Assembly (NCBI GenBank): GCA_028534125.1
Contig: CM052816.1
Span: 65,474,001-65,538,000 of the forward strand
DNA: 64,000 nt
Direction: 5' to 3'
Origin: Lama glama
Lineage: Eukaryota
A program made the translations under genes and the position numbers. Shown one piece after another: positions 13,545 through 27,037 of the stretch. The first letter of the stretch is position 1. Every line of letters starts with the position of its first letter. The notes under the pieces are model-generated. The model was not told the origin of the DNA and did not search any database. It was given only the letters and a program-made list of their open reading frames with translations.

Positions 13545-14100
13545 ATTATAGCATAGCCTATATGCTGTGCTGAAATTATACATGGTGGAGTATACAGCAG
13601 CATAAACTCCTGTAACCAGATCCCAGACCAAGAGCCAGAACACTGGAAGTCCCTACCCCTCATTCTAAACTCCCTTCCTTCTTTCGTCCAATTACTACTC
13701 CCTCCTTTCAAGGATGGTCACTATCCTCACTGCCAATAGAATAGCCTAGTTTGGCCTCTTCTTGCACTCTATATAGATGGAATCATGCAATATGTAGTTT
13801 ATTTTGTGACTACCTCCTTTTGTGCAACATTAGTTTGTACAATCATTTGTATTCTGTTGTAGAAATAGACCATGATTTACTTATTCATTCTGCTGTTGAT
13901 GAGCATTTGGGTAGTTTTAGGTTTGGGGCTATTACAAATATTACTGCTTCTGTAAACATTCTAGTCCATGCCCTTTGGATAAAATATGTCCACATTTCTG
14001 CTGAGTATATAACTAGGGGTTGAATTGCTGGTTTACAGGATATAGATAAATTCAACTTTAATAAATACTTCCAGTTTTCCATAGATGATTTGCCAATACA
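13545..14100 (-). mobile_element. L1ME-like 3' fragment
   Basis: 'gatggaatcatgcaatatgtag...ttattcattctgctgttgatgagcatttgggtagttttaggtttggggctattacaaat'; the ORF track shows a degenerate ORF2 C-terminus (RMFTEAVIFVIAPNLKLPKCSST). Confidence 0.8.
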
Positions 14101-15671
14101 CCTAAGGATTCATTTTTAATTAAAAGAAATAGAGGCCAAATTTGCATAAAAATGAAGGTCAGCTCTTATTTGCTCTTTTTCAGACATGTAACCTCTTTTC
14201 TCAGTGAGAAGCTCCCAGGGGCATTGCAGGAATTCTCCAAATAGGATCTGAGGAGAACAACGGTTAATGGTAGTTATGTGCTTTTTGCTTTCTAAGTGTC
14301 CTATGTGTAGGCTTAAAATAAAAATAATAATTTTGTGTCAGTGATTTTACTATGTTCATTCTGAATATTATAATAACCTCAAATCAGGATCTGGTTCATG
14401 CTGTTTTTCCTTCAGTTCTGTCAGCAAACTGATGACCTGAAAACACATTAATTAGCATTTGATGCCATATCTCCTTCCCAGATCTTTTATTCTGTTTTTG
14501 TTTGTTTGTTTGTTTTCTGCAAATTTATCATTTTTTTCTAAGATCTTTGTCAGATGCTAAATTATTAATTGAATAATGACTCCATTACTTTGAAGAATGA
14601 CTCCTTTTGTGATTTTCCTGTTAAAAATGTATTTTTGCAGTGTGATATGACTACAAAATTTTAAATGTCCAAATATGCTTCATTTCACTTTGATTATATA
14701 AACTAGAATTATACAGAGAAAGAAACAATTCCAATATTAGACGTCCCTCTGAAGAACGTGAGATAAATATCAAAGGGTCGATATTGAATTTTCTAAACCT
14801 ACCTCCTTATGTATTTCCCCGTGTAAAAATAATTAGAGGTAAAAAATACCTAAGTCACTGTATTAGTGATTCTGCTAAGTGTATGTGATTCTTGACCTCT
14901 GCATTTTTAAATACTGATTTTTAAAATGTAGTGACATATTAGGTGGCCTATTTCTGGTTTGCCAAGGGAGATCATTTTTAAAGAGATCCTACCCTCCACT
15001 CTTCTCATTTCATAAAATCATAAATATTTAAAATTTTAAGAAGTGGGAACAGTCATGTCAGGGTAAAAGATAGCACTTTAAATTGGGTAACTTTCACTTA
15101 AATACATGGAACTTTTTCTATTTCTCTCTCTTCTGTGTGGCTTGGTGAAAACTTTCTCAAGGAGAAGCTTTCGTGTTTAGGAGTCACTAGAGTAGATGCT
15201 GTATTAAAAGGTTTAATTAAAGCAGATTTTTCCAGCTTTAAATTTTTGGAAAGCTGAGTATGGTCGATAATGGACAGCATGAGCTGGGAAGGTCCACTGG
15301 TAAAAGAACCCGGTCTGGGAAGGCCTGTCTGTATCAGGCCAGGGTGCTTCCAGGGTTATTCTTTCAGAATGGCCCTTCTTTCTTGCTCATTCTGTTATTC
15401 TTTTTCATTGAAAGACAACATGTCAACAATTTCTTCTGATACAATATGTCATTCGTACTTCTTGAGTTGTATGAGGATAGGATAACATTTTCAGAGGGAA
15501 ATTCTCTAAACAATTTCACACTAATTAAATCTGGGAGCCAAGAATATTGTATGCATAAGATGTGGATGTCTTCTCTAGAAATATAAAGTGTTTTCATGAT
15601 TTTTACATTTTCAGAAAAATAATATGCTTACTTGTAACAATTGAGATTCTATAGTCAAATCAAATTTTTAA

Positions 15672-15760
15672 AATTTTTAACACCTTTACTGCGGTATGGT
15701 TCCTATACAATAAACTACACGTATTTCAGATGTACACTTTGATGAATTTTGATAGATGTA
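15672..15760 (-). mobile_element. Short old L1 extreme 3' end
   Basis: 'ctttactgcggtatggttcctatacaataaactacacgtatttcagatgtacactttgatgaattttgatagatgtat'. Confidence 0.6.
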
Positions 15761-16401
15761 TTAAAAGTATTAAAATTTTTTAAAGTTAAAAAGTTAAAAT
15801 TTAAAAGCAGCCATTCATTTGAAATCTTGCACTAAAATTGGAATGAGGGGCCAAATTAAAGGCAAATCATTAGTTGCATTTTTACAGACTATGGAGGATA
15901 TGCAGAGGACAAACCTTCAAACCCAGTGGTATGTATTGTACTGTGCTGCCTTAGTCACCGGCGGTCTTCTTTCCCTCTAATGTTAATAATCTAACATCAT
16001 TAATAATTGTCTGTGTAGGATAACTGTGGGCCAACCCAGTTCTCTGTGTTCAGAGAACACAGCTACACAGTGACACCACGAGAAAAGTGGTGCAGGTGCA
16101 GAAAGATCAGCCTGTCCATGTCCCACTAGGCTCAGTATAAAGCTTCTTATCACAGTGTATTTGAATACCTTGGAATGAGATAAAGGGAAAAAGACATGTT
16201 GGAGTAGAAAGCTGACTTGTTTGGGCCTCCTGGGAAAAACACTCGAGGGGAGATTTGAGTTAGTAACTTTTAAATCAAACCAAAAACTTTTTTCAGGTTA
16301 TATTGTATAGGGGAAGGGGGCAGGTAGGTGGTAAACTAGGATGGTGGGTGCATGTTAGTTATAGCTTTTTATTTCATATTATGGTTTTTATATTATGTTC
16401 A

Positions 16402-16625
16402 TAGCATCATGAATTTTAGACTCAGGATAGACCTGGACTCAAGTTCTAATTTCATCTCTTCCAAACTGTGTGACCTTGGGCAAGACATTTACTGTGTCTT
16501 TGCCTCAATTTCCCATTTATCAAATGAGAATAATAGGGTTATTGACTAGGGATTAAGTAAAATAAGACCTACACAAGCTGGTGCCAGAATATAATGACTC
16601 AATACAGTGCAGATGCTGTTATTAT
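16402..16625 (+). mobile_element. MIR SINE
   Basis: 'ctgtgtgaccttgggcaagacatttactgtgtctttgcctcaatttcccatttatcaaatgagaataata'. Confidence 0.8.
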
Positions 16626-16854
16626 CAGCTTACATGTGTGAGGAGAAAGGGAAAGTTGGTAGGCTCTCAATATCTGGTAGCTAATAATAATAATAATTAA
16701 TAATAATACATTGGAAAGTTGAGAAGGAACAGCAATTTAAAAGCCTACCATTAGCTCTGCTGAAGCAGAATCTTTGTTCATTTTCTTCCTTTTACCTGTG
16801 TGTCAGTGGGATACACTGTTCTCTTGAATTCTCGATTCTCTGAATAGATGTTAT

Positions 16855-16975
16855 TTTGATCCATGTTACTAATGAGTGAGACTCAGAGAGGTTAGAAACT
16901 TTTCCAACATCACATAACCGGTTGACGTCAGAGCCAGGACCTTAAACAGCTATGAGACTTTAAAACCCATACTCT
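16855..16975 (-). mobile_element. MIR SINE remnant
   Basis: 'ccatgttactaatgagtgagactcagagaggttagaaacttttccaacatcaca'. Confidence 0.6.
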
Positions 16976-17519
16976 ACCTACTCAGAATTAGTAGCTATTC
17001 AAGGATCCTATCCTGAATTCTTTCCCTTTATGCTTGTTAGTTTCTGTTCTAACTACTAATTTGAAACAAGCCCTCTGACTTCTGAGGAAAAAGTAATCGT
17101 AATCGTCTCATTACCGTCTTTTTTTTTTTTCCTTCAGGAATGTAATCAAACATCAGCTGGAAACTTCCCTTTAATATAAGTGAATAAGCCAGCCCACACA
17201 TGTTATTTCCCCCGAGGCATATTGCTGGGAAAGCCTATTTCCGATTTTAAGAAATCAACATATGCTGAACCAACTGTCTATTTCCATTTAAATTGATTGG
17301 AGCTGAGACTTGCAAATTATGTAGAAAACTTTGTTCTGTCTTAGATGCTTCCTAAATAAGTTTCCTTAAGCAAATTTGTCAGGGAATAATTTTTGAATTA
17401 ATCCAGGTAAAGTCAGTAAAGATAGTTTTAGTAAAGAACCATTCTAAAGTTTTTTAACTGCTTTTAAGATTATATTAGTTATAATCGTGGCGTTTACCAC
17501 ACCTTATTACTTGCCTCTA

Positions 17520-17652
17520 TCTTGTCTTTCTCTTTCATTAGGTGATAGGTTCTATGAGGATGGAAAGGTGATTTGTTCATCTTTGTTTACTAGCTCTTGG
17601 CTCATTTCTTGGTACATAGCAAACACTCAGTAAAGTTGTCGAATTAATTGAT
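17520..17652 (+). mobile_element. L2 3' terminus
   Basis: 'ttctatgaggatggaaagg...ttggtacatagcaaacactcagtaaagttgtcgaatt'. Confidence 0.6.
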
Positions 17653-18124
17653 TACTGAGTTGGCATTATACGATGGTATTAATGATCTGTGGTCAACATT
17701 TATTTTACCTATATATGCAGTATGTATGTGTGTTTGCAAGAATTTTATCTTCATATCATTGAAAGGTTATATTATTTTCTGTACAGGTTTTATTCCTTTA
17801 GCTAAATTTACATCAACATTGAATTTATAAATAAAATACTGTGTTGGTACATGGGTAGGTTATGTGCTTATGAAAATATAGTTCCAAGCTATGACTCACA
17901 TAAAAATTGGATACAAATGTTTTACATGATTAATATGTTGACATGTCATCTAATGCCTGAAATTCATTTAAAAAATGAAAGCATTGGAAAAATATTACTT
18001 TCCCTAGAAGTATTTCATATTTAATAGTGTTTAGCTTACAAAATCTTTATTGGGAAAGCATTCATTTTAGAGATAATGTATGTGTTGGAGGGCAGGTGCA
18101 GGTGGGGAAAAAAGGAATGGCACG

Positions 18125-18295
18125 TACACTGCTAGGTGCATTGTAATGAGTTATATCATTTAATTCTTGTAGTGGCCCTGAGGATGGTCTTATCAACCAT
18201 TTTATGGAGAAATTGAGTTTCAGAGAAGTTTACTAACTTGGCCAAGTTCACATAGTAGGTTGCAAGTGGACTGTAATCAAAGTCGTCTTGTTTCC
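18125..18295 (-). mobile_element. MIR SINE
   Basis: 'ccattttatggagaaattgagtttcagagaagtttactaacttggccaagttcaca'. Confidence 0.7.
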
Positions 18296-20509
18296 AAATA
18301 AAGAAATCTTTTAGAGATGATCTGTTACTTATATGAAAACAACAACAATAAATAACCTTGATGTTTATGGAAATATCTAATTGTTCCCTAAATCCAAAAG
18401 ATCACAATGAAAATCAAGGCAGTATTGCTCTTAATGATTTAAATTAAGCACTTAAGATTTAAATTCTAACTTCTTTTTCAACTAACATTTAGAATTCGAT
18501 TTACTGTTAATATTTATGGAAAGCCAGGGCTATAAATCAGTTTTATATGCAATGTATTTCACTGATTAAAATTGTCATATTTGTAAGCTGACAAGAAGAA
18601 ATTCACTCCTTTTTCCCGAGTGATAGGGCTCCTTTTTTGGGCAATGAATGTAACTCCTCCAGAAAGTCTTCATAACTGTTTTGTTTACTGTTGTTTCTTA
18701 ACATTTCAAGGGTTCTTCTTGTGTGTTAAAAAAAAAGTTCAACAGACGTTCACTGAGTATCTGTAAGATGTAGATGTGGTAGACATTGCCCCTTCATGAT
18801 TAGGACAACACATCCCAAAATGCCCTAGACCTTCCAGTCCAGGATCAGACAAAACTCAGGGAAAGAAACAAATGATTGCTAAACAGGGTGGAGAATGCAA
18901 AAACTAAAGGCTGTGTGAGATCTGACACTAGCACAGAGGGACAGGCTGAGCAGCTTTGTCTCAGGAGTTCATGTGTAAGTGTGTATTTATTTCCCAACCA
19001 CAAGAAGGGAAATTCCAAGAACAACATATGCAAAGGTGCTGCTGAGAAAGGAGAGGCAGTAGTAGGAAAAGAATCTTGGAGAGGTAGTCAGATTCCCGAA
19101 GTACCATGAAGATGTTTCAAGACAGCCAGTTTTATCTCCAATTACATGGATGAGGAAATGGGACTCAAAAATGCCCAATGTGACTGAAGTAACCAGATGC
19201 AGTGTCAGCCTTTGATGCAAGTTTCTTTGACTCAGCTTTTTCAACTCTACTTGATAAGACGTATTTATTATAATTTCATCATATATTTTTTATGTTTATC
19301 CCACTTAGACAAAAACAGAAACAAAACCACAAGTGCATTGACGTTCTTGGCATATGGCTGTATTTGTGCAGTTATTTCTGGCAATCCTTGGCATTTGGAC
19401 AAAATTCTCCCCAACTTGAGAAATGTTGTGATGCACCTGGCGCTTCCCTGTGTCACCACCCGATGGCACACTCACATCCACTGCCAGGGCAGGAGGATTA
19501 GAGAACAGAGGATGTCTGCCCTCCATCCAATGAGAGCATCTGCTGACCTCATGGCTTCGCAGTTTGAGCTTTTAATTGTGCAAAACTAAATGCAAATAAA
19601 CAAAGATGTTTACTTTCTAACCCATTCTGTTTCCAGTCTTGTTGAAATCATCTTTCCTCACTCCATCAGGATAATTTGAAATCTTCTTAATGAAGTGATC
19701 CTGAGATTTTATAGGCTATAGACTGGATTCCAGGGTCTAAATGACTCCCTGAACTAGCCAGTGATGTTTGGGTTTTTCCAAACGTAGAAACCTCCATACT
19801 TAGGGGATTGTAACATCCCAGGCAGCTACTTCCAGGCTTCCAATGGTTAATCAGCTGGGAAGATCAGCCAACACCCTACTCTGGAACAGTCTTCAGATAG
19901 GTCTTAGAAAGCTCTAGGATAATCAGATGTTGTTTTCTATTGTTCCCATCCCTTGATTTTTCCAAGGACTGAAAGGAGATTAAAAAGCATGGCCAGATGG
20001 GCACCCCTTTAAGCCCATGACTTTCTGTTACTTGAGGGGAAGGAAAACCAACTCTATGTAATGCTCTGTCACCTGGGTTTTATCTCTTGTCTTCCTTCTC
20101 TGTATAAAAGTATTTAAAGTAACTGCAAGGAGAAAAGTTAATCAGTGGCTTCTTCTTTCTCTGAAAATGCTTTTCCAGCCGAGCAGCCATGTCAAATACA
20201 TGCAATGCTATTTTGAACAGTAACTTAAGTGGGTCTCAAAATGCATCCCTATAGGAAGTGTTCAAATGTTTTTCACTGTAAAAACCCATATGGGTATTTT
20301 GGTTACAGGGTATCTTCTATGATTCCAGCATAAAGTATATTGCCCAAATACACTCATGGCATTCCTGCACTCATTGCATCCATACCGACTTTCCCCCACC
20401 CCTGTTTTGTAAATGATAAGCCTCACACATCACAACTTCTGTTTTCCTCTTTATGGGATTTCCTTATCTATATTTATCCAAATTAATAAAAGAGAAGTTC
20501 CCTAGGAAT

Positions 20510-20690
20510 ATAATGGTGATCCATATTTATCCAGCATTTATTCTGTGCTTAATTCTGAGTTAAACACTTTGTATACAATATCTCATTTAGTATTCACAAC
20601 ATCCGATGAGGTATTTACTCTTCTTTTCTTGTAAGGGTAAGAAATCATGTTTTGCTATTTAATCATTTGCCCACATTTACACAACCAGTC
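20510..20690 (-). mobile_element. MIR SINE
   Basis: 'atatctcatttagtattcacaacatccgatgaggta...catttgcccacatttacaca'. Confidence 0.6.
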
Positions 20691-22394
20691 ATGGGAAAAC
20701 CAGAGGACCCAGGAGATTTAAGCCCATGGTACTTCCCAGCTTGAAATCTGGAATTTGACTGCCCTAGGAAACCCCGCATAAGCATGTGTATCCTCTCCAT
20801 CACCTGAGGACTTTGAATATACATGCAGCTCCTCTTTTCCTGTTCTGCTCAACTAGATCTTGATCTGTGGGATGGAAAATTGCTTTGACTTTGATGTGAC
20901 CTCAATATTTGACACAGTGGTGGGTCATGAGTGTATTTGGGCAATATACTTTATGCTGGAATCACAGAAGATACCCTGAGACCATAAAGAGTATTAGCTT
21001 TTCAAGGAGTCTGAACAGTGACTATATTAACAGTGAGGCAACTGTAAAAAATAAAAACATTATCACGTTCATTTCTTGAACTTCCAGAGACCTAAAGCAA
21101 CCGTTAAGTGTAAGGCCATTCATTCTGTGGGTGTACATTTTAAGCTGCTTCTGTGTACTTTCAAAAGTGAGAGCTCTGAGTACATAAGCGTCTGAGCTCG
21201 ATTCAAGTCAAATACCTAGCGACATATTGGGCAGTGAGAAGCTTAAATATTCAGTATGCAAATTACTCCTCATTCTAGAGCTTTCCTATGGGTGCTTCAT
21301 ACTGATTACTGATTGCATGAGGGGTAATTGATAGACCCCAATAAGGCATATTTAACATATCCTGAAACAGATTATTCTATTCTCCCTAGGTTTCCAGCAG
21401 ATAACAGCCAGCACCAAAAACAATCTTTAGAGAAGCAAGAAGTCCAGGATAAATAGAATTATTATAGAAACATGTATAGGGATAGAATTAAGGAAGTAGC
21501 AGAAGCTGGAAAATAACTCTTAGTAAAAGGGAAATTTTTGTAACATACCATTCTTTTAAAGGTTATAGAATATTTTAAATTGAGTTGGAAAAGACTAGAC
21601 TTCTGGTTGCAATGTGCTTTGACTTCTTTTTATCCTAAATTATTCTTTTAAATTAAAGTTATTCATCCCCCAAGGTGGTCTAATTTAGCACATCTCGTAT
21701 TAGAGACTTCTGCATTTCTCACCCCTTGATATGATCAAAAGCTTCTCATTTATGTCAAAAGAAGAGAAACGAAGGCCATTTTCTTCATTGTCCTAGAGCC
21801 ATGCTTTCTTGCCTTACTAACATTTTATTTCAAGCAATAAATTAGACAGAAGTGCTTGTGGTTGAATGAAGATTAATTACAGGTTATGGGGGTATTCGAA
21901 CCTATTTTATTGTCCTGAATAGTGTCTTTTGCTGCTTTGTTATCCAAAAGGGAAGAAGTATTTGGGGAACAAAGATCATAATATATTAAGGAATATTCAA
22001 GATGCACTCCCCCTCACTAGGCTGTCAAAAGGCTGGGCTTGTCACAGATTTCGAGGCTGTGATGTATTATTATCACCTCTGCTGCTGCATCCACGGATGC
22101 ACCTCTCCTGATGTGTGACTTTTATCAGGAATGTGGAGCACACGGGAGGTTTTGAATCCAGAGTCCATGCAGGAGTCAGTGATGCATAGCTGGCTGAGGC
22201 AGACTTCAGCGTCTTGTATTGTAACACTTCACAATTTTTATAGTTATTTCTGACTTCCTTAGAGTTTATAGGGGTACATATCTTTTATGGAGGATTCTAA
22301 TTATTAAATTATTGTTATGGAATATAATTTTATCAGTTTTCTTTTATATATTTGATGTTTAAACAGAAGTTTTAGTGGTGTATAGGAGGAAGAA

Positions 22395-22603
22395 GCAATA
22401 TAGCTTTGTAACAAAAGTCATGGGATCTGAAGCCAATCTACTGGCAAATTACTAAGCCTGTTTTCTCACCTGTAAAGTGGAAATAAATACTGGTATCTAT
22501 CTGGTAAGATTGTGTTGATGATTAAATTAATTAATACACATAAAGTACTAGCAATGGCTCCCAGCACATAATAAACACTCATTAAATGTTAGCTTTATTA
22601 TTA
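22395..22603 (+). mobile_element. MIR SINE
   Basis: 'gttttctcacctgtaaagtggaaata...gattaaatta...cagcacataataaacactcattaaatgttagctttatta'. Confidence 0.75.
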
Positions 22604-23090
22604 TGTTCCTAATTAACATGTCTGAAAACCAGAACTGGAAACCAGAATTGGATCCCGAGAAGTCATAGAACCGATTAATCAACAAATACTTGCTGCATCT
22701 GTGTGCCTGTGCCTGAATTAGTCACCGTCAGGAATATAGTGAGATGAGCCCCTCCTATGAGCTGGCACTAGAAGAAAGGGAATAACATAGAAAACAATTG
22801 TATAATTTGAACTCCAAATTCAATGACATATAAAGGGAAGAAGAAATCACTGTGGGCGGTAATAATCAAATAAGATACAGAGGGCTGAACTTGAACTGAG
22901 CCAAGAAGATTTAGAAATTGTAGTTTTAAAAAAATCTGAAAGCGATACTACCCTTTATAAGACCTCTCTGTGCCCCTCACTCCTGTTGCAGCAAAATGGA
23001 ACAACTTTTTCAGCATCTGGCTTACCTCTTTTGTAAAGAAGTCTCCCTTTACTGGTCAGTGTTTATCATTCTCTTTGTCTTTATTTTTAA

Positions 23091-23542
23091 TTAAAAAAAT
23101 TTTATTGAAGTATAGTTGATATATAATATTATGTAAGTTACAGGTGTATGCAATAGTGATTCACAATTTTTAAAGGTTATACTCCATTTATATTCCATTT
23201 ATGGTTTTATAAAATATTTGCTATATTCCCTGTGTTGTACAATATATCCTTGTAGCTTATTTTATACCTAATAATTTGTACCTCTTAATTCCTTACCCCT
23301 ATATTCCCTCTCAGCCCTTCCCTGTCCTCACTAGTAACCACTAGTTTGTTCTATCTGTGAGTCTGTTTCTTTTTTATTATATTCACTAGTTTGTTGTATT
23401 TTTTTTAGATTTCACATTTAAGTTATAACATATAGTATTTGTCTTTCTCTGTCTGATTTAATTCACTTAGCATAATGCCCTCTGTCTATGTTGCTGAAAT
23501 GGCAACATTTCATTCTTTTTTTATGGCTGAGTAGTATGTGTG

Positions 23543-23591
<49 letters not shown>

Positions 23592-24722
23592 GTAGTATAT
23601 AAATATATACCACATCTTCTTTATCCATTCATCTGTTGATGGACACTTAGATTGCTTCCATGTCTTAGCAATTGTAAACAATGCTGCTATAAACATTGGG
23701 GTACATATGTCTTCTCCAATTAGTGTTTTTGGATTTTTTGGCTATATACACAGGAGTGGAATTGCTGGGTCATATGGTAGTTCTGTTTTTAGTTTATTGA
23801 GGAACCTCAATATTATTTTCCACAGTGGCTGCATCAATTTACATTCCCAGCAACAGTGTACAAGGGTTCCCTTTTTCTCCACATTCTCACCAACATTTAT
23901 TATTTGTGTTCTTTTTGATGATAGCCATTCTGACCTGTTGAGGTGCTATCTCACTGTGGTTTTGATTTGCATTTCCCTGATGGTTAGTGATGCTGAGCAT
24001 CTTTTTCATGTGCCTCTTGGCCATTTGCATGTCCTCTTTGGAAAAATGTCTATTCAGTTCTTCTGCCCATTTTTCAATTGGGTTGTGTATAGAAGCACAA
24101 AAGGAGCTTGAATAGCGAGAACAATATTGAGAAAAAAGAACAGAGCTGGAGGAATCACACTCCCTAACTTCAGACTATACTACAAAACTACACTAATAAA
24201 AACAGAATAGTACTGGCACAAAAACAGACCCATAGATCAATGGAACAGAATAGACAGACCAGAAATAAACTCATGCATTTATGGTCAATTAATCTACAAC
24301 ATTGGAAGCAAGAATATACAGTGGAGAAAAGACAGTCTTTTCAATAAGTGGTGCTAGGGAAACTGGACAGCTACACATAAAAGAATGAAATTAGAACATT
24401 CTCTAACACTATATGCAAAAATAAACTCAAATGGAGTAAAGACCTAAATGTAAGACTGGATACTGTAAAACTCCTAGAGAAAAACATAGGCAGAACACTC
24501 TTTGACACAAATCACAGCAATTTTTTTTTTTGGATCTGTCTCCTAAAACAAAAGAAATAAAACCAAAAATAAACAGTAGGACCTAATTAAACTTAAAAGC
24601 TTTTGCAAAGGAAACCATTGACAAAATGAGAAGACAACCTACTGAATGTAAGAAAGTGTTTGCAAGTGATATGACCAATAAGGGATTAATGTGTAACATA
24701 TAAACAGCTCATACAACTCAAC
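23091..24722 (-). mobile_element. 5'-inverted (twin-primed) L1: 3' part on - strand 23091-24085, inverted ORF2 segment on + strand 24086-24722
   Basis: - strand ORF2 C-terminus ([30 protein letters not shown]); + strand ORF2 'aagaacagagctggaggaatcacactccctaacttcagactatactac'; the two parts are consecutive in L1; imperfect TSD tgtctttatttttaa (23076-23090) / tgtcttttttttaa (24726-24739). Confidence 0.9.
23552..23589. repeat. (CA)n microsatellite inside L1 3' UTR
   Basis: Direct reading. Confidence 0.95.
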
Positions 24723-24740
24723 CTCTGTCTTTTTTTTAAA

Positions 24741-25833
24741 GCCTTATTAGAGCAGTTTTAGGTTTGTAGCAAAATTAAGAGGAAGGTACAGAAATTCCTC
24801 ATATACTCCCTGCCCTCACGCATGCATAGCCTCCCCCATTATCAACATCCTTCACCAGAGTGGTACATTTATTGAAACTATATTGCAACAACATTATCAC
24901 ATAAAGTCCATAGTCTACCTTAGGTTTCACTCTTGGTGTTGAAGTCTATGGATTTGGACAAATGTATAATTATATGTATCCACCATTATAGTATTTTACA
25001 GAGTGTTTTCACTGTCCTAAAAATCAGATGTCCTTTGCCTATTCGTTCCTCCTACCCAACCCCCAAACCCTGGCAACCACTGATTTTTTTTTATACTTTA
25101 TCCATAGTTTTGCCTTTTCCTGAAAGCATGTACTTGGACTCATATAGAATGAAGCCTTTTCAGAGTGGCTCATTTCCTTAGTAATATGGATTTATGGTTT
25201 CTCCATGCCTTCCTATGGATTATGCACATTTTCATTTCACTGCTGAATAATGCTCCATCATCTAGATGTACCACTCATTTGCTGAAGGTCATCTTGGTTG
25301 CTTCCAAGTTTTTGAAATGATGAATAAAGCTTCTATAAACATTTGTTTGCAGGTTTTTGTGTAGACATAAGTTTTCTGTTCTTTTGAGTAAACATTAAGA
25401 TGCATAATTGCTGAATTGTATGGTAAAGGTATGTGTAATTCTGTAACAAACCACCAAACTCTCTTCAAAGTGGCTGTACCATTTTACATTCCCATCACCA
25501 ATGAATGAGAGTTCCTGTTGCTCCATATTCTCACCACTACTTGGTGGTGCCAGTTTCCAGATTTTAGCCATTTCAGTAGATGTGTAGTGGTACTTCCTTT
25601 CCCCAATTTGCATTTCCCCAGTGACACATGATGTGGAGCATCTTTTCATATGCTTATTTTCCATGTGTATATCTTCTTTGGTAAGGTGTCTGTTAAGGTC
25701 TTTGGCTTATTTTTTTAATCAAGTTGTTTCGTTTTTAAGATTTCTTTGTGTATTTTGAATAACAGTTCTTTATTAGATGTGTTGGTTTATAAGTGTTTTC
25801 TTCCAGTCGATGGCTTATTTCATCATTCTCTTT
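24741..25833 (-). mobile_element. Older L1 (L1MC1-like) 3' end
   Basis: 'agcagttttaggtttgtagcaaaattaagaggaaggtacagaaattcc...atcaacatccttcaccagagtggtacattt'; ORF2 C-terminal remnant MENKHMKRCSTS in the ORF track. Confidence 0.85.
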
Positions 25834-26644
25834 TTCACTGCTGACCCTGAACACTTCTATGCTGTAGCACTTAGCTCACTGAGTTATGACTGTTTACAGT
25901 TTTATATCACTGAACTAATGGTTCTTGAATTTAGTGTTCTGTCTCACCTTAACATTTAGTTAATACTCAGTAAATCAGTTGATCTTGAAACTTTAGAAAC
26001 CTACCATCATCTGAGTTTTTGTTTAAAAAGCAGATTTCTAGATTCCATTGCTCAGATATTCTGATCCTGTAGTTGAAATGAGCATTTACCACAAGCATGT
26101 AAATAGTCCACCATTTTCTTTAAAAAAAAAAATCAAAAATGCAGATGAATGAATGTGTGACAGAGCTGAGGAGAATAGAAGGGAGAATAAACCTGGCATT
26201 TACAGAAGATAATGAGAAGACCACTATTTTTTCCCATATAGTGACTATGGGAAAAAATAGAGTTGATGGGGTAAAATTACGGATGTCCTGGAGGAATACT
26301 CAAAGGAATACTGCATTGAATGTGTCTCCTTGCATAAAGAGGTAATTTTGGAGCAGGAGAATGAGCTAGGCTGGTATCCCCAGTAGTCTTCACTGCGAAT
26401 CTTAGGGGCAATTGGACCAATGATCTCTAAAGTCTCTCTCAGCACTAAAATTGTATACTACTGCTGTTCATAAAATTATATACAACCTGAATTGTATTAT
26501 TTAAACAGTTTGTATTTATGAGGTAACACTTCCTATTTAAATACATTTTACTTAAATAATTTTATATAAATTATAAATTTTGTTCATAAATGGCTGTGTG
26601 TAAATGTGGGTCAGCTTGTGTGTGGAAGGTTTACTTAAGGTTTG

Positions 26645-27037
26645 CAGTGATAGGCTGGAGTCAGGTAATACCAGCTCATGAGAGTCAATTGTTTCATTTT
26701 CAGGGATTTTGAAAGCCAGTTGTTAAGCACAGCCATAATTAAATTGTATAGACTGGCAATGACTCAATTATATGAAAAGTAAAGGTAATCTATACTCAAA
26801 ACTTATTACTTACTAATTATTTGACTACATTTTATTGAGGTTAAGTCAATGTATCTGCAAGGTGGAAATACTACAAAAGGAAGTGTATCTCTTTCTGATT
26901 CCACATTTAGTGGCATCACATTGGAAATCAGACAAGGTAGTAATATTTACACCATGGAAATTGCCAAACCTTAGAAATTAGGGCTTTTATCCCCTGGAGA
27001 GCCCATGGATAAACATATATTTACCAGCACGCCAGTG
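26645..27037 (+). mobile_element. MER63-like hAT-Blackjack DNA transposon
   Basis: Starts 'cagtgataggctggag...accagctcatgagagtcaattg', ends 'ttaccagcacgccagtg' (degenerate terminal inverted repeats). Confidence 0.75.

Noticed and set aside
19197..19589. 130-aa ORF and CTCF-like CCACCCGATGGCAC
   Set aside because: No homology or splice context for the ORF; the motif mismatches the highly conserved A of the CTCF core.
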